Assembly: GCA_031370005.1 (NCBI GenBank)
Contig: JANMPT010000074.1
Location: 1 to 57,361, forward strand
DNA from: Bdellovibrionales bacterium
Lineage (GTDB): Bacteria > Bdellovibrionota > Bdellovibrionia > Bdellovibrionales > Bdellovibrionaceae
Length of the DNA: 57,361 nt
Reading direction: 5' to 3'
Shown: positions 19,656 to 29,532 of the stretch, in pieces
Layout of the letters: each line of letters opens with the position of its first letter
How positions within the stretch are numbered: the stretch's first letter is position 1
Notes under the pieces: model-generated
What the model was told of the DNA's origin: nothing
The model's database searches: none
What the model saw: the letters and a program-made list of their open reading frames with translations, nothing else
Program-made: the position numbers and the translations under genes

Positions 19656-19793
19656 GTCCTTTTTCTCCTTATTATTTTTTTGGCCAATTTCCGCTTTTCG
19701 TTGCCAAAGACTTCGACAGTAAAAGGTGGTTTTGCTGGGCTGGCTGCGCGCTTAACGCATTTAAACCCATGAGCCAATTAACAACAAAGAGTG

Positions 19794-19810
19794 TTTCAAG
19801 AGGTGTGCCG
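19794..19810 (-). promoter_or_regulatory. Possible sigma54-type promoter (variant -12)
   Basis: CGGCACACCTCTTGAAA: GGCAC at -24, TTGA instead of TTGC at -12. Confidence 0.4.
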
Positions 19811-19885
19811 AAGGTGTTTATATCTAAAATCTCAAGTTGAGATGCTGAACTAAGGTATTAAGTAATTCCAGAGTTATGCCGTAAA

Positions 19886-22219
19886 ATGAAATATATGGGG
19901 TTAAGAGAAAAGCTCCGGCTTTCGCGGCGGAATATTTTGCAATCTATTTTTATTGCGCATGCAATTGTGTTTCTTTCTGCATTTCAGAACTGCACAGGTA
20001 TTAATGGATTAAATCTAGATAATTTGCAAAATGTGACCTCATCAAAGGATTCTGGTGGCAGTGGCGTTGGCTATGACGGAAAGCTGACTGGCAACTATTA
20101 TCGCTTCATCCCTGGGTATTCTTGCGCAGGACAGCCGGCAGCCAAAGAGATTATTCAAGTGCAAGATCAAGGTACCACGTTGGTTAGCAATTCATTACTT
20201 CAGTGCGAGTCTGAGCAAGTAAATCTTCCTAAGGCCGCAATCGGTGAGTCGCCATTACAGACTGAATTTATCACATATAATGATTTGATTTTTAAACATC
20301 TCGATGGGGTTGTTTCACAAATTCCAGATCAATTGCCTGAAGTTCTATGCCGCGATGACTTTGAGAGCCCGCAGATTGAGATCGTCACTCACTATGACAG
20401 GGTAAAGTCCCAAGCCCTGGGGCGGATTTATCACAAAAATTCAGATGGTTCGGTTTCAGGCACTTTGGATTTCAATGTAGCTAGGGTGCTTTCTCCCTAT
20501 CAAGTTAACTATCAGTCGAGCGAGTTGCAACTTTCTGTCGATCTTCAGCATCCTGTCAGTGGAACCCATCGTTTTAAAGGAAGCCTTGGCGGCTCAAGAC
20601 CAGTCACTTGTGTAACCGGAGGCTTACTTGATGTCAGTGCTTGGCCGCTTCACCAAGTTACGGATTTCCGAACCAGCAACATCACTATCAACTATGCGAC
20701 CAATTCAATAGTTGTCACCCAGGATGACGCGACGGGAAGTATGGAAGGGCGGAAGTTAATTCAAATTACCCCAGACGGTTCATACTTTGATCTTACGACA
20801 AATCTTCTTAATTCTCAGTATAAGGTCAACACACTGACGATATCCATTTCAGGAGCGCCCCTAATGGTAGGCAGTGGCGTTAATAAATTATCTTGGCGCG
20901 GCCAAGAATACTTTTTTATGGATTTACTGAATCGTAGGATCATTCCATTTGGGGATACAAAAAGCATAGAGAATATAGTCACCCTACCTTCACCGCTACA
21001 AAATGGCGAGTTAATTTATAATTTAATAGACGACTCCTCTTCGGGAATTATTAGAAAAATGAATCTTGAAACAAGAAAATTAACCGATGTCTATTTCGCG
21101 CGAGCATTACAAATTCGAATATTACCAGATACGAATAAAGTAGTTTCAGTTTCTTTCACCACTAAACGCTCAGTGCTTATTCATGACTTTGCCGCGGGAA
21201 CGCAAGTAACAATTTCTCCGCCTATTCCAACAAGCTGCTATCCTTCGAATCGTCTAGACTATGGCCTGTATTCCCTTTATGGAGACTACTCAGTATTTCT
21301 TGTGTTGCCTAAAGCTAATCTAGCGATCGTTCGCTATAATAATTGCGGAACCTCAGATTCACTCTTATATGGGGTTTCACTGAATAATCAATCCCATATC
21401 GATTTTGGACCAAACGCCTGCATTCTTGATTATTCTTTGGACTATAATTGGGTTGAAATTGGTCATGAAATTACAATTCCGCAACCTTACGGGCAAAGTA
21501 ATCAATCTTGCCAAGCTCTAAATGTGACTCACTATGATTTAGTCCATGGGACAAATTATTTAGTAAAGAATAATCCTTTATTTGCACGCAATCGATTTAA
21601 AAATATTACCAAACAAATGATCCCAATGTACACCAATGCGCCGACCCTTCAGGGAATTAATTATAGCGGTTATGGGCAAAGTTTACTTAAGCTTAATGAA
21701 AGCCTGAGCTTAGGAATGATTTATTCATCGGAAAAACCACAGCTCATACAATTCAATCAAGTCACCAATCAAACCCAAGAAATTTGCACTTCTGCTAAAG
21801 GTGATAAAATAAGCCTTGGTTCTATGAATAAAGATATCGCCTATTTGCTTACCTATAGCGCTAGTGAGCAAATTTATTTTGCTTATAAAGTCACCCCTAC
21901 AAGCTGCACACAGATTAATAGTTTTCCTTCCATAAAAAATAAAGTTATGGAAATTGCGCTTTCAAAAAGTGGTTTAGGGTTAATCGTAGGTGACGACACT
22001 AAGGATTCACCGACGCTGGTTTATTTTATGCCCTTTAATGGGAAGCCAACTTATCTTTTGAATTTATTTGAACAAGACATCTATACTGCGCTTAATTTTA
22101 AAATTAATTCAAATACAGGAGAATTATTTTTGAATGGATTCACTAAAGGAAATGGTTTTAATAAGGGCAGCAAAGCCGCTATGCTTTACAAGTTTGTTTT
22201 ACCCGACGTAACAAACTGA
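19886..22219 (+). CDS. Large FQNC-type lipoprotein with probable beta-propeller C-terminus
   Basis: SAFQNC lipobox-like motif, GSGVGYDGK linker, Cys pairs, repeated short beta strands; true start may be Met at 19895. Confidence 0.7.
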   Translation: MKYMGLREKLRLSRRNILQSIFIAHAIVFLSAFQNCTGINGLNLDNLQNVTSSKDSGGSGVGYDGKLTGNYYRFIPGYSCAGQPAAKEIIQVQDQGTTLVSNSLLQCESEQVNLPKAAIGESPLQTEFITYNDLIFKHLDGVVSQIPDQLPEVLCRDDFESPQIEIVTHYDRVKSQALGRIYHKNSDGSVSGTLDFNVARVLSPYQVNYQSSELQLSVDLQHPVSGTHRFKGSLGGSRPVTCVTGGLLDVSAWPLHQVTDFRTSNITINYATNSIVVTQDDATGSMEGRKLIQITPDGSYFDLTTNLLNSQYKVNTLTISISGAPLMVGSGVNKLSWRGQEYFFMDLLNRRIIPFGDTKSIENIVTLPSPLQNGELIYNLIDDSSSGIIRKMNLETRKLTDVYFARALQIRILPDTNKVVSVSFTTKRSVLIHDFAAGTQVTISPPIPTSCYPSNRLDYGLYSLYGDYSVFLVLPKANLAIVRYNNCGTSDSLLYGVSLNNQSHIDFGPNACILDYSLDYNWVEIGHEITIPQPYGQSNQSCQALNVTHYDLVHGTNYLVKNNPLFARNRFKNITKQMIPMYTNAPTLQGINYSGYGQSLLKLNESLSLGMIYSSEKPQLIQFNQVTNQTQEICTSAKGDKISLGSMNKDIAYLLTYSASEQIYFAYKVTPTSCTQINSFPSIKNKVMEIALSKSGLGLIVGDDTKDSPTLVYFMPFNGKPTYLLNLFEQDIYTALNFKINSNTGELFLNGFTKGNGFNKGSKAAMLYKFVLPDVTN

Positions 22220-23694
22220 TAAATAGTTTCTCGCCCCTTCGGAATTTTTCTGACTAGATTTTCTGCCTCCATTTTTTCTAATACCTCTAAAGCCAATGTG
22301 CGGGAAATATCATGCTCGGTTTGAATTTGCTTGGTTGTTAAATAGCCGCAATCCTTTTGTTGCGTCAACAAATGAACAAGATAGCTCTGATGACTTCGAA
22401 ACATGAGGTCCGCGCGTTGATATTTTACTGATTGTCGAAGAAGCAGCTGATATGAATTCTTACTTACTTGAATTTCAGCATTGATGTTTTTAGTTAAAAA
22501 AGTAGAACGTAAATCCCCAATGAGTTGCTGGATTCTGTGTGCAGCAAGTGACTTGACAAAATACTCGCCAGGAAAAAGATCGTTGAAGAGTCGCCCGAGG
22601 GAGATTGGACGATAAAGGTCCTGACTTAATAAAAAAAACAGATTCCACAGGCGCTTGTATGGCGCGCAGATCACTGAGTCTCCTAACTTGGCAGTGGTTC
22701 GATTCAGAGACAATTCAGTGCTTACTTCCGATGTGTTCCACGATTTCGGAATATTCAACTTCCCTTTGGTTTGTTGTAAAATGTTTTTTCTATATTCCAT
22801 ATAAGGAGTGCCAAAGAAGGCGCGGCAGATATTGTTCTCAGAACCACTCAAGATTCCGAAATGGAAGTCGCAATCACGATAGACCTCCCAAAATTGATGC
22901 TGATGGCAGTAGCTGGCGAACTCAGCAACCGCGCTAGTGATTTGAAGGCGCTCTTCCATATTTCGGCTTAAGTTTGCCAGACTTAGGAGATCCCATTTGC
23001 GCAACAAAGCCTCAAAAATTGTCGACGGCATTTTGATCCCTTGCGGGAAGTAAGTCTTAATGATTTGTTGTGCTCGGGCGAATTCATTTTGGTAAAAATA
23101 GAATTGAGCTTCCAGCTCAACCACACTGAGTTTTAAGTGAGTGGCTCGAGCCTCCTCGGCTAGCCGATAGCTTTCGCGTAGCAAGCGCATAAATTTTTGT
23201 GGTTTTCCTAGGACAATATAACTAGAGCAGAGATTTAAATTTCCTACCAAGCGCTGAAGGGGCCGCAGCCCCGAGCGTGAAAGATACTCCTCTAGAATAG
23301 TTTTTGCCTCCGGATAGCGCCATTCTGAAATATATGAATTCGCTCGGAAAAGCAAAATGTCTGGTTGATCTTTAGGGTCAATAGTTTGAAATAAGCCAAG
23401 ACCCTCAGTCTTGGCGCCTAAAACAACCAAGGTGCTTCCATAAACGAAAATTTCATTATCTGTAGGCTTGGTCTCAAGGATTCGGCCTTCTTGTCTAAAG
23501 AAAGGCTGTAATATTCTGAGAGCTAAATAGGGATATCCGGCTCGTCTGGCAAGGGCGGCCATGGGGGCCATTGCTTCCCGTGGTGGGTTGCCCGTCAAAA
23601 GCTTCTTTAGTTCTAATGATACCTGCTGATGCTTTCGCGCCAGAAGCAGCGCCTCGAGTCCATTAAGGCGGTGAGTCCAATTTGAGTCAAGCAT
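22186..23694 (-). CDS. TPR-like helical repeat protein with C-terminal winged-helix domains (putative transcription regulator)
   Basis: Alpha-helical repeats, then RPISLGRLFNDLFPGEYF...RIQQLIGDLR (OmpR-like wHTH) and ISRTLALEVLEKM...VRKIPKGRETIY (second wHTH). Confidence 0.7.
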   Translation of the reverse strand: MLDSNWTHRLNGLEALLLARKHQQVSLELKKLLTGNPPREAMAPMAALARRAGYPYLALRILQPFFRQEGRILETKPTDNEIFVYGSTLVVLGAKTEGLGLFQTIDPKDQPDILLFRANSYISEWRYPEAKTILEEYLSRSGLRPLQRLVGNLNLCSSYIVLGKPQKFMRLLRESYRLAEEARATHLKLSVVELEAQFYFYQNEFARAQQIIKTYFPQGIKMPSTIFEALLRKWDLLSLANLSRNMEERLQITSAVAEFASYCHQHQFWEVYRDCDFHFGILSGSENNICRAFFGTPYMEYRKNILQQTKGKLNIPKSWNTSEVSTELSLNRTTAKLGDSVICAPYKRLWNLFFLLSQDLYRPISLGRLFNDLFPGEYFVKSLAAHRIQQLIGDLRSTFLTKNINAEIQVSKNSYQLLLRQSVKYQRADLMFRSHQSYLVHLLTQQKDCGYLTTKQIQTEHDISRTLALEVLEKMEAENLVRKIPKGRETIYQFVTSGKTNL

Positions 23695-23700
23695 ATGAAC

Positions 23701-23728
23701 TTATCGGATCAAATATGGAAAACTCAAG
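23701..23728 (-). promoter_or_regulatory. Sigma28 (FliA)-like promoter
   Basis: TTGAG-N14-TCCGATAA, ending 6 nt before ATG 23694. Confidence 0.45.
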
Positions 23729-23863
23729 TTTTTCTCAATATGAAACAAAATCTTAACCAGTCGATAACTCAGTTAAAAACTTATTTTAGCCACGAATTTC
23801 CTGATTCGAAAAATAGAATGCACTACTTTAACCTGTATACAGATTGAAAACCTGGAGGACGAA

Positions 23864-25102
23864 ATGAAAAAGATAATTAAGAAACTAACAAACTTACTGC
23901 CGACCTCTATGAAGTATAGCCTTTATCGGTCACTTGTTAGAGTTCCCGATGTTGATATGAATCAAGTTGTTTTCAAACTGGCAGAGACACGGGAGGAGCT
24001 CGAAGGCGCTTTTGCAATCCTTCATGATTCTTATGTCGGAGTTGGCTTGATGAAGCAAGTCCCTTCAGGATTACGAGTTACACCATACCATGCACTGAAC
24101 TCTTCGGTAACTCTGATCGGAAAGGTTGACAGTGAAATCGTCGCAACACTTACTATAATTATGGATAGCAAGCTTGGATTGCCCAGCGATAATTTTATCG
24201 ACCTATCGAAACTTCGACAAGGTGGAAATCGTCTCGCTGAGATTTCGGCCCTGGCAATTAAAAAAGAATATCGAGGTCGAATGCTATTCCATTTGTTAAA
24301 ATATATGTACGAATGGTGCACCAATTACCTTTCCATTAATCATCTTATTGCAACTTTAACGACTGACACCAAGGCCTTTGAACTTTATGAATCTATTTTG
24401 TTTTTCAAAAAAATCGAAAATAAAATAGAGGCCAACTATGCATTTTCAAATTTTCGGCCCGTAATTGCTGAGCATCTGAATTTAGATGAAGCACGGGGGT
24501 TATTTGAGAATCATTATTCGCATAAAAAAGGAGCAAAAAATTTATATAGCTTCTTCGTTGAGCAGAAATCGCCGAATTTTCAATTCCCTGATCGCTCATA
24601 TTTTACAATTAACTATCCGGTCATGAATTCGGAGAATTTTTCTTACTTCTTCACGGAAAAAACCACTGCGCTTTCTGATATGTCCGAAAAAGAATTGCTT
24701 GCTTTGAGTTCCATCTTTAGTGGTCTTGATCATGCAGGCTTGATTGACGAGGTGTTGCAGCAACGCAATATTTTCGAGATAAATCGCTTCCCGCAAAAAG
24801 AGCGCTTTGAGGTTTCTATTTTTACTACCGCCATAGTTAATCAACAGCTTATTAAACTTCGTGTTTTAGATATTTCAGATAATGGAATTAAAATCGCAAG
24901 TAAATATATAGTAAATGATAGGGTCGACATATCAATTCCTGCTGCAAACGGTGGTACATATAGAATCACTGCACGGAAAGTGTGGGAAGATGAATATGGT
25001 GTGGCGGGTTTGAAAATAATTTCTGCTGATGAAAGATGGTATACAATGATTCAACATTTTAACAAGAAGCAACAGGGTCAAAAACTGCAAGCGTCTTCAT
25101 AG
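23864..25102 (+). CDS. FeeM-like N-acyl amino acid synthase (GNAT fold) with C-terminal PilZ-like domain
   Basis: FKLAETREELEGAFAILHDSY, IVATLTIIMDSKLGLPSD, LAEISALA; PilZ-like ERFEV...LDISDNGIKI...KVW; GGAGG SD. Confidence 0.8.
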   Translation: MKKIIKKLTNLLPTSMKYSLYRSLVRVPDVDMNQVVFKLAETREELEGAFAILHDSYVGVGLMKQVPSGLRVTPYHALNSSVTLIGKVDSEIVATLTIIMDSKLGLPSDNFIDLSKLRQGGNRLAEISALAIKKEYRGRMLFHLLKYMYEWCTNYLSINHLIATLTTDTKAFELYESILFFKKIENKIEANYAFSNFRPVIAEHLNLDEARGLFENHYSHKKGAKNLYSFFVEQKSPNFQFPDRSYFTINYPVMNSENFSYFFTEKTTALSDMSEKELLALSSIFSGLDHAGLIDEVLQQRNIFEINRFPQKERFEVSIFTTAIVNQQLIKLRVLDISDNGIKIASKYIVNDRVDISIPAANGGTYRITARKVWEDEYGVAGLKIISADERWYTMIQHFNKKQQGQKLQASS

Positions 25103-25114
25103 GCAAGATGAAAA

Positions 25115-26476
25115 TTACTTCTGAGTTGCAACCATTAGATTATAGAATCCAGTGACTCGGTCTACGAACTCAATTGTCTCACGGCCACGAGCATAGCCAT
25201 ATTCCAAGCTTGCCACATAGGAGGGGTTTTCAAGCAAAGGTAAAACTGTTCGTAGGTGACGCCAAGAATAGGGGTTTTTTCCCTGTTTCACTGCAAGCTT
25301 TTGTGCGTCACGTAAGTGACCATAGCCCATATTGTATGCGGCTAAAGCCAAACAAGTACGATCTTTAAAATTCAAATTGCGGGGGGTCTTATTCAGTAAA
25401 TAGCGTAAGTATTTTGCCCCGCCCCAAATGCTTTGAAGAGGGTCCGTACGATCCTCAACTCCCAAGTGGCGGGCAGTATCCTGAGTGAGTTGCATCAAGC
25501 CACGCACGCCAGTGTAACTAATGGCCTCCCTGTCCCATTGAGACTCTTGGTAAGACACTGCCGCAACCAGCTTCCAAGGTAGCCCGTGTTCACGTCCAGC
25601 GCTGCGAAACTTGCGGACATAGCGAGGCAATATCCGACGAGTCTGCTTTAGGAAGTATAAGACGTCATGACGGTCAAGCTCTGAGAGATAAAGCTTATAG
25701 CGATCGCTGATGCGCATAAGCGCATCAGCGCGGCCAGCTTTTTGAAACCAAATTTGAAGTAAGTGATTCAGATCAGTTAGATCAGGGCGAACCAACCAGC
25801 TTAATGAGTAATTTTCAGTCAGTGAGGTGACTTTTTCTACGTTGCGATAGTAGCGAGTATAGAACTCGCCTTCGAGATTTTCGGCGACCACACAATCAAG
25901 TTCTTTATCAGCCATTTGTTCAAACAAAAATTTTGGTGACGCCAAGGCTGCGACCTGGATCTTGATTCCAGGGGCTAATCTCATCAAGCGTCGAGTGATA
26001 TTATCGACATTGTCTTTAGAAAGAATGGCGATATCTTTATTTTTGAGGTCCGCCACATTGGCGACTTGGGCTTTGGTTCGACAGAAGAGACCTAAGAAAG
26101 TTTCTTCATAAGCAGGTCCCACCAAAAAACCTTGATTGCTTGCAGGGGTAGCCATGCGAGCGGCAGCGATATCACCTTGGCCCGCAGACAGGGCTCTTTT
26201 CATTTCAACTTCATTTGCAACCGGAATAAACTTAATTTTAAGATTATAGTGTTCTGCGAAGTTTTCTAGCAGGTCATGATCGATGCCGAACTGGTAACCC
26301 GTCCTATCTGTTGAGTAGATCATTGGGTTCTTTAGGGTCAGAACTTTAATCTCAGATTGGCCTTGGACCTTCTCTAAGCTGGCGGCTTCATCCCAATAAA
26401 TGGCATCGCAGCCATTCATTACCATGGTGGTTAGGCCGAGTAGTATGGCGAATAACAGGGGTTTGAACTTCATCAT
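25115..26476 (-). CDS. mltF: Membrane-bound lytic murein transglycosylase F
   Basis: N-terminal ABC substrate-binding-like domain plus SLT domain YQESQW, GVRGLMQLT, LAAYNMG, GYARG. Confidence 0.92.
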   Translation of the reverse strand: MMKFKPLLFAILLGLTTMVMNGCDAIYWDEAASLEKVQGQSEIKVLTLKNPMIYSTDRTGYQFGIDHDLLENFAEHYNLKIKFIPVANEVEMKRALSAGQGDIAAARMATPASNQGFLVGPAYEETFLGLFCRTKAQVANVADLKNKDIAILSKDNVDNITRRLMRLAPGIKIQVAALASPKFLFEQMADKELDCVVAENLEGEFYTRYYRNVEKVTSLTENYSLSWLVRPDLTDLNHLLQIWFQKAGRADALMRISDRYKLYLSELDRHDVLYFLKQTRRILPRYVRKFRSAGREHGLPWKLVAAVSYQESQWDREAISYTGVRGLMQLTQDTARHLGVEDRTDPLQSIWGGAKYLRYLLNKTPRNLNFKDRTCLALAAYNMGYGHLRDAQKLAVKQGKNPYSWRHLRTVLPLLENPSYVASLEYGYARGRETIEFVDRVTGFYNLMVATQK

Positions 26477-26638
26477 GCAGAGGTCGGTTTAGTCGGTGGC
26501 GACCTATTGCGCAAGCCTTAGAGGGTGAATTTATATGAGATTATGGCGAAAGTGCCTAGAATCTAATTAGAGCTTATTAGTCTGAAAAAAATATAGTTGG
26601 AACAAGGGTTTAAGCTCCTCTAAAATCTCAATTTGTTT

Positions 26639-27004
26639 TCAAATATTACGCGCATGCTCTGCGAGAATTTGATTCCAGCCACCTTTGATATCAAAAACAT
26701 TTAAAAAACCATTACTTTGCAGAGCAAGGACAAGCTCCAAAGACCGCGCTCCATCAGGGCTAAGGACAACTATCGGGCTGTCTTTTGAATGATTGTTAAG
26801 TGCCATGAGGAGTGTGGCCGTGCTTGCCGTGGCAAGATCGCCCTCAGGAAGTTGTAAAAGGTTGGCGTCTAAATGCATTTTGTATAAGTGTGAATAAATA
26901 GGGCTAGTATCAACTCCAAGATTAATAAAAACAAAACCCACGCGACCTTTAATAAGATTATCGAATTGGAAAAAGCCAATAGTTTGTATGTTTGGATGTG
27001 ACAT
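26639..27004 (-). CDS. Rhodanese-like domain protein (active-site Cys absent)
   Basis: PIVVLSPDGARS...GFLNVFDIKGGW. Confidence 0.75.
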   Translation of the reverse strand: MSHPNIQTIGFFQFDNLIKGRVGFVFINLGVDTSPIYSHLYKMHLDANLLQLPEGDLATASTATLLMALNNHSKDSPIVVLSPDGARSLELVLALQSNGFLNVFDIKGGWNQILAEHARNI

Positions 27005-28230
27005 TAATCCTCCTTCTTTTTTTGGCCGGAGTTGGGAAGGTTTTTAGAGATAAGAATCACTGTGACGAGTGCGGACAAAGCAAGAAGTCCAGAAATTATA
27101 AACGGCGAAGTGATCGCAATTTTTTCATAAACGAAACCACCAAGCGCTGGCCCTAATATTCGGCCCAAAGAGGCCAAGCTTTGGGCGACGCCCATAGTGA
27201 CGCCCTGTTCGTTCATGCCAGCAAGCAAACTAATGCTCCCTATTGTTGCTGGATTGGTAAAGCTGGTTCCCAAAGCTAAAAATGTCATGGTGACGCCCAT
27301 CCAAGGAATGCTTGGCGCAAAAGCAATTCCGATGAGGCCAAGGGCAAAACTAGCAAGGCCTATGCGCAAGGTTTTGCGTTCACCCCAAATAGGAATAAGC
27401 CGACGCACCAGGATGCCTTGGGAGAAAACTGTAATTACGCCAATATATGCAAAGCCGAAGCTGACTTGTTGGAGTTTCCAGTCGAATTTTTCAGCCATAA
27501 ATAAAATCAGGGTGGCTTCCATGCCAGACATAGCTAAAGAAGAAAGAAAATAAACACTGAGCAATGCACCCATGGTTTTTTGTGCGAGATAATGTTTTAA
27601 CAGTTGGAAACGCTTTTTTCCGTGAGTATTTTTATTTTTTTCTGTGAGGGACTCCTTCAGGAACTTCAAGCCAAAAAAGAAACCCCCGAGGCACAATGCC
27701 CCGACCCAAAGTGCGCAGAAGCTTGTTTGAAAATGTGGAGCATCTGAAATGTGCTGACCCCATAGAGCAAGGGCTCCGCCCAGTGCGGGACCTACCACAA
27801 AACCCAAGCCAAAGGCTGCGCCGATCAAGGCCATACCTTTGGAGCGTTCATTTGGCGGTGTAATGTCTGAAATATAAGCGGAGGCCGTGGAAATACTCGC
27901 CCCAAAGAAACCAGCAAAAATGCGCGCGACAAAAAGCCACTCAAGGGACCTTGCCCACGCAAAAACAAGATAAGAACAGGCCTCGCCCAATAGACAGAAA
28001 AGCAAGATCGGTCGACGCCCCATGCGATCGCTGAGTTTTCCCCAGAAGGGTGCAAATATGAACTGCATAAACGAATACACCGACATCAGAAGGCCGGTTT
28101 GCAATGCGGTTGCTCCGAAATCACGACTTAAGATGGGGATGATTGGAATTAATATTCCAAAACCAACAAGGTAAATGAAAACGGTAAAAAATATGATAGC
28201 AAGTAGTGATTTATTTGGCGGGGCGGACAA
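27004..28230 (-). CDS. MFS transporter, TetA/DHA1-like
   Basis: About 12 TM segments; motif A GKLSDRMGRRP; GFVVGPALGG. Confidence 0.92.
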   Translation of the reverse strand: MSAPPNKSLLAIIFFTVFIYLVGFGILIPIIPILSRDFGATALQTGLLMSVYSFMQFIFAPFWGKLSDRMGRRPILLFCLLGEACSYLVFAWARSLEWLFVARIFAGFFGASISTASAYISDITPPNERSKGMALIGAAFGLGFVVGPALGGALALWGQHISDAPHFQTSFCALWVGALCLGGFFFGLKFLKESLTEKNKNTHGKKRFQLLKHYLAQKTMGALLSVYFLSSLAMSGMEATLILFMAEKFDWKLQQVSFGFAYIGVITVFSQGILVRRLIPIWGERKTLRIGLASFALGLIGIAFAPSIPWMGVTMTFLALGTSFTNPATIGSISLLAGMNEQGVTMGVAQSLASLGRILGPALGGFVYEKIAITSPFIISGLLALSALVTVILISKNLPNSGQKKKED

Positions 28231-28271
28231 GTTCTTTACCTCGTTTCTATTCCTGTTAATATGGGAGAGTT

Positions 28272-29456
28272 ATGAAAATTGCAAATACTCTGTGTACATA
28301 CGTGCTCACATTAAATTTTTTAGTGCTTGTCGGCGAAACTGCCTGGGCCTCTTTTGACGATTACCAACATTTTCGCAAAGGAACTTATGATCTTGAGATA
28401 GAAACGCAGTATTTTAAAACTGATGCGAACTATATCAGCTCTGGAAGCTCCTATCAGAAGCTACCTTACGGCCAATCCTATGATATCTACAATGTCTATT
28501 TGAAGGCCCGTTATGATTTGAGCAAAAAAAGCTCCTGGTATGGAAATCTCGATATCTCCAATGCCTCCAGTTATGGGCTTAGTTACACCCGCGCAAATTC
28601 TGCCGTATCAGATGCAAAACTGGGTTACGCTTATCGGCCTTATAGCAATTTGTTTGATGTGATCACAGACTTCAGCGTGGTAATTCCTTTTAGTAAAGTC
28701 GATGTGAATACGGACTCCGTCTTGGGTGGAGAGGGTGTGATTGAGGCGACGGGCCTTTTGCGAATTCAAAAAGACTTCAGTGCTCTCTCAGCATTTGGCT
28801 ATATTGGTGGAACATTTCGTCAAAGCCGCTCGTCGCTTTTGCCTTGGGGCTTGGGGGTTCAAGCATTCTACCCTAAGTGGGGCTGGGGTGGAAAAGTATT
28901 TGGTTACCAAAGCATTACCGATGATCCAGATACCAATAACAAGATCCAACGCACGATAGTGACTGACCGAGTGGATGCAGGCAGTTTAAGGTTTTACTCT
29001 GTAAATCCTTCTGTGATTGATTCTGAAGTTTTTATGAAATTAAAAATCAAGAATGCATGGGTTATCGGAGTCGGCGGGGGAGCAACCATCACCGGAGTCA
29101 ATACTGCAGCTGGATACCATGCGGGTGTTAGTCTCATGTATTCCTGGGATAGCGAACCCAGCTATTATTTAAAGAAATTTCCAGTATCGACACAGGAAGA
29201 TGATTTGGGTTCTGAAAAAAAGGTCCCTGAATTTAAAGAAGAGATCGACGATGGCGTAGATCAAAACATTTTTCGTAAAAAGGGCACGCCAAACCCTACG
29301 CCAAGACAAGGGACAGATTTAACTCCAGCCAACGAAAACGTGGTTGTAAGAAGAATTGGGCCAAGGCCGCCAGCAGTGCGAAGCCGAGAGGCCATCGATG
29401 GCGGTGAAATGCAGTTAAAGCTCAAAAAGAAAAAGAAGAAGAGGAAATCCTCTTAG
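28272..29456 (+). CDS. Putative outer-membrane beta-barrel protein with polybasic C-terminal tail
   Basis: Signal peptide ending TAWA; alternating aromatic beta strands; tail LKLKKKKKKRKSS. Confidence 0.6.
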   Translation: MKIANTLCTYVLTLNFLVLVGETAWASFDDYQHFRKGTYDLEIETQYFKTDANYISSGSSYQKLPYGQSYDIYNVYLKARYDLSKKSSWYGNLDISNASSYGLSYTRANSAVSDAKLGYAYRPYSNLFDVITDFSVVIPFSKVDVNTDSVLGGEGVIEATGLLRIQKDFSALSAFGYIGGTFRQSRSSLLPWGLGVQAFYPKWGWGGKVFGYQSITDDPDTNNKIQRTIVTDRVDAGSLRFYSVNPSVIDSEVFMKLKIKNAWVIGVGGGATITGVNTAAGYHAGVSLMYSWDSEPSYYLKKFPVSTQEDDLGSEKKVPEFKEEIDDGVDQNIFRKKGTPNPTPRQGTDLTPANENVVVRRIGPRPPAVRSREAIDGGEMQLKLKKKKKKRKSS

Positions 29457-29532
29457 GCCGATATTAATGCAATGGCTTTGGTTATAATGCTAATATGGAA
29501 TCCCGACCCGAGACGTCAAAGGCATCGGTTCA

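Noticed and set aside
18867..25114. Tn7-like insertion at the glmS attTn7 site
   Set aside because: Accessory genes follow glmS, but no tns genes, TGT...ACA ends or target duplication were seen
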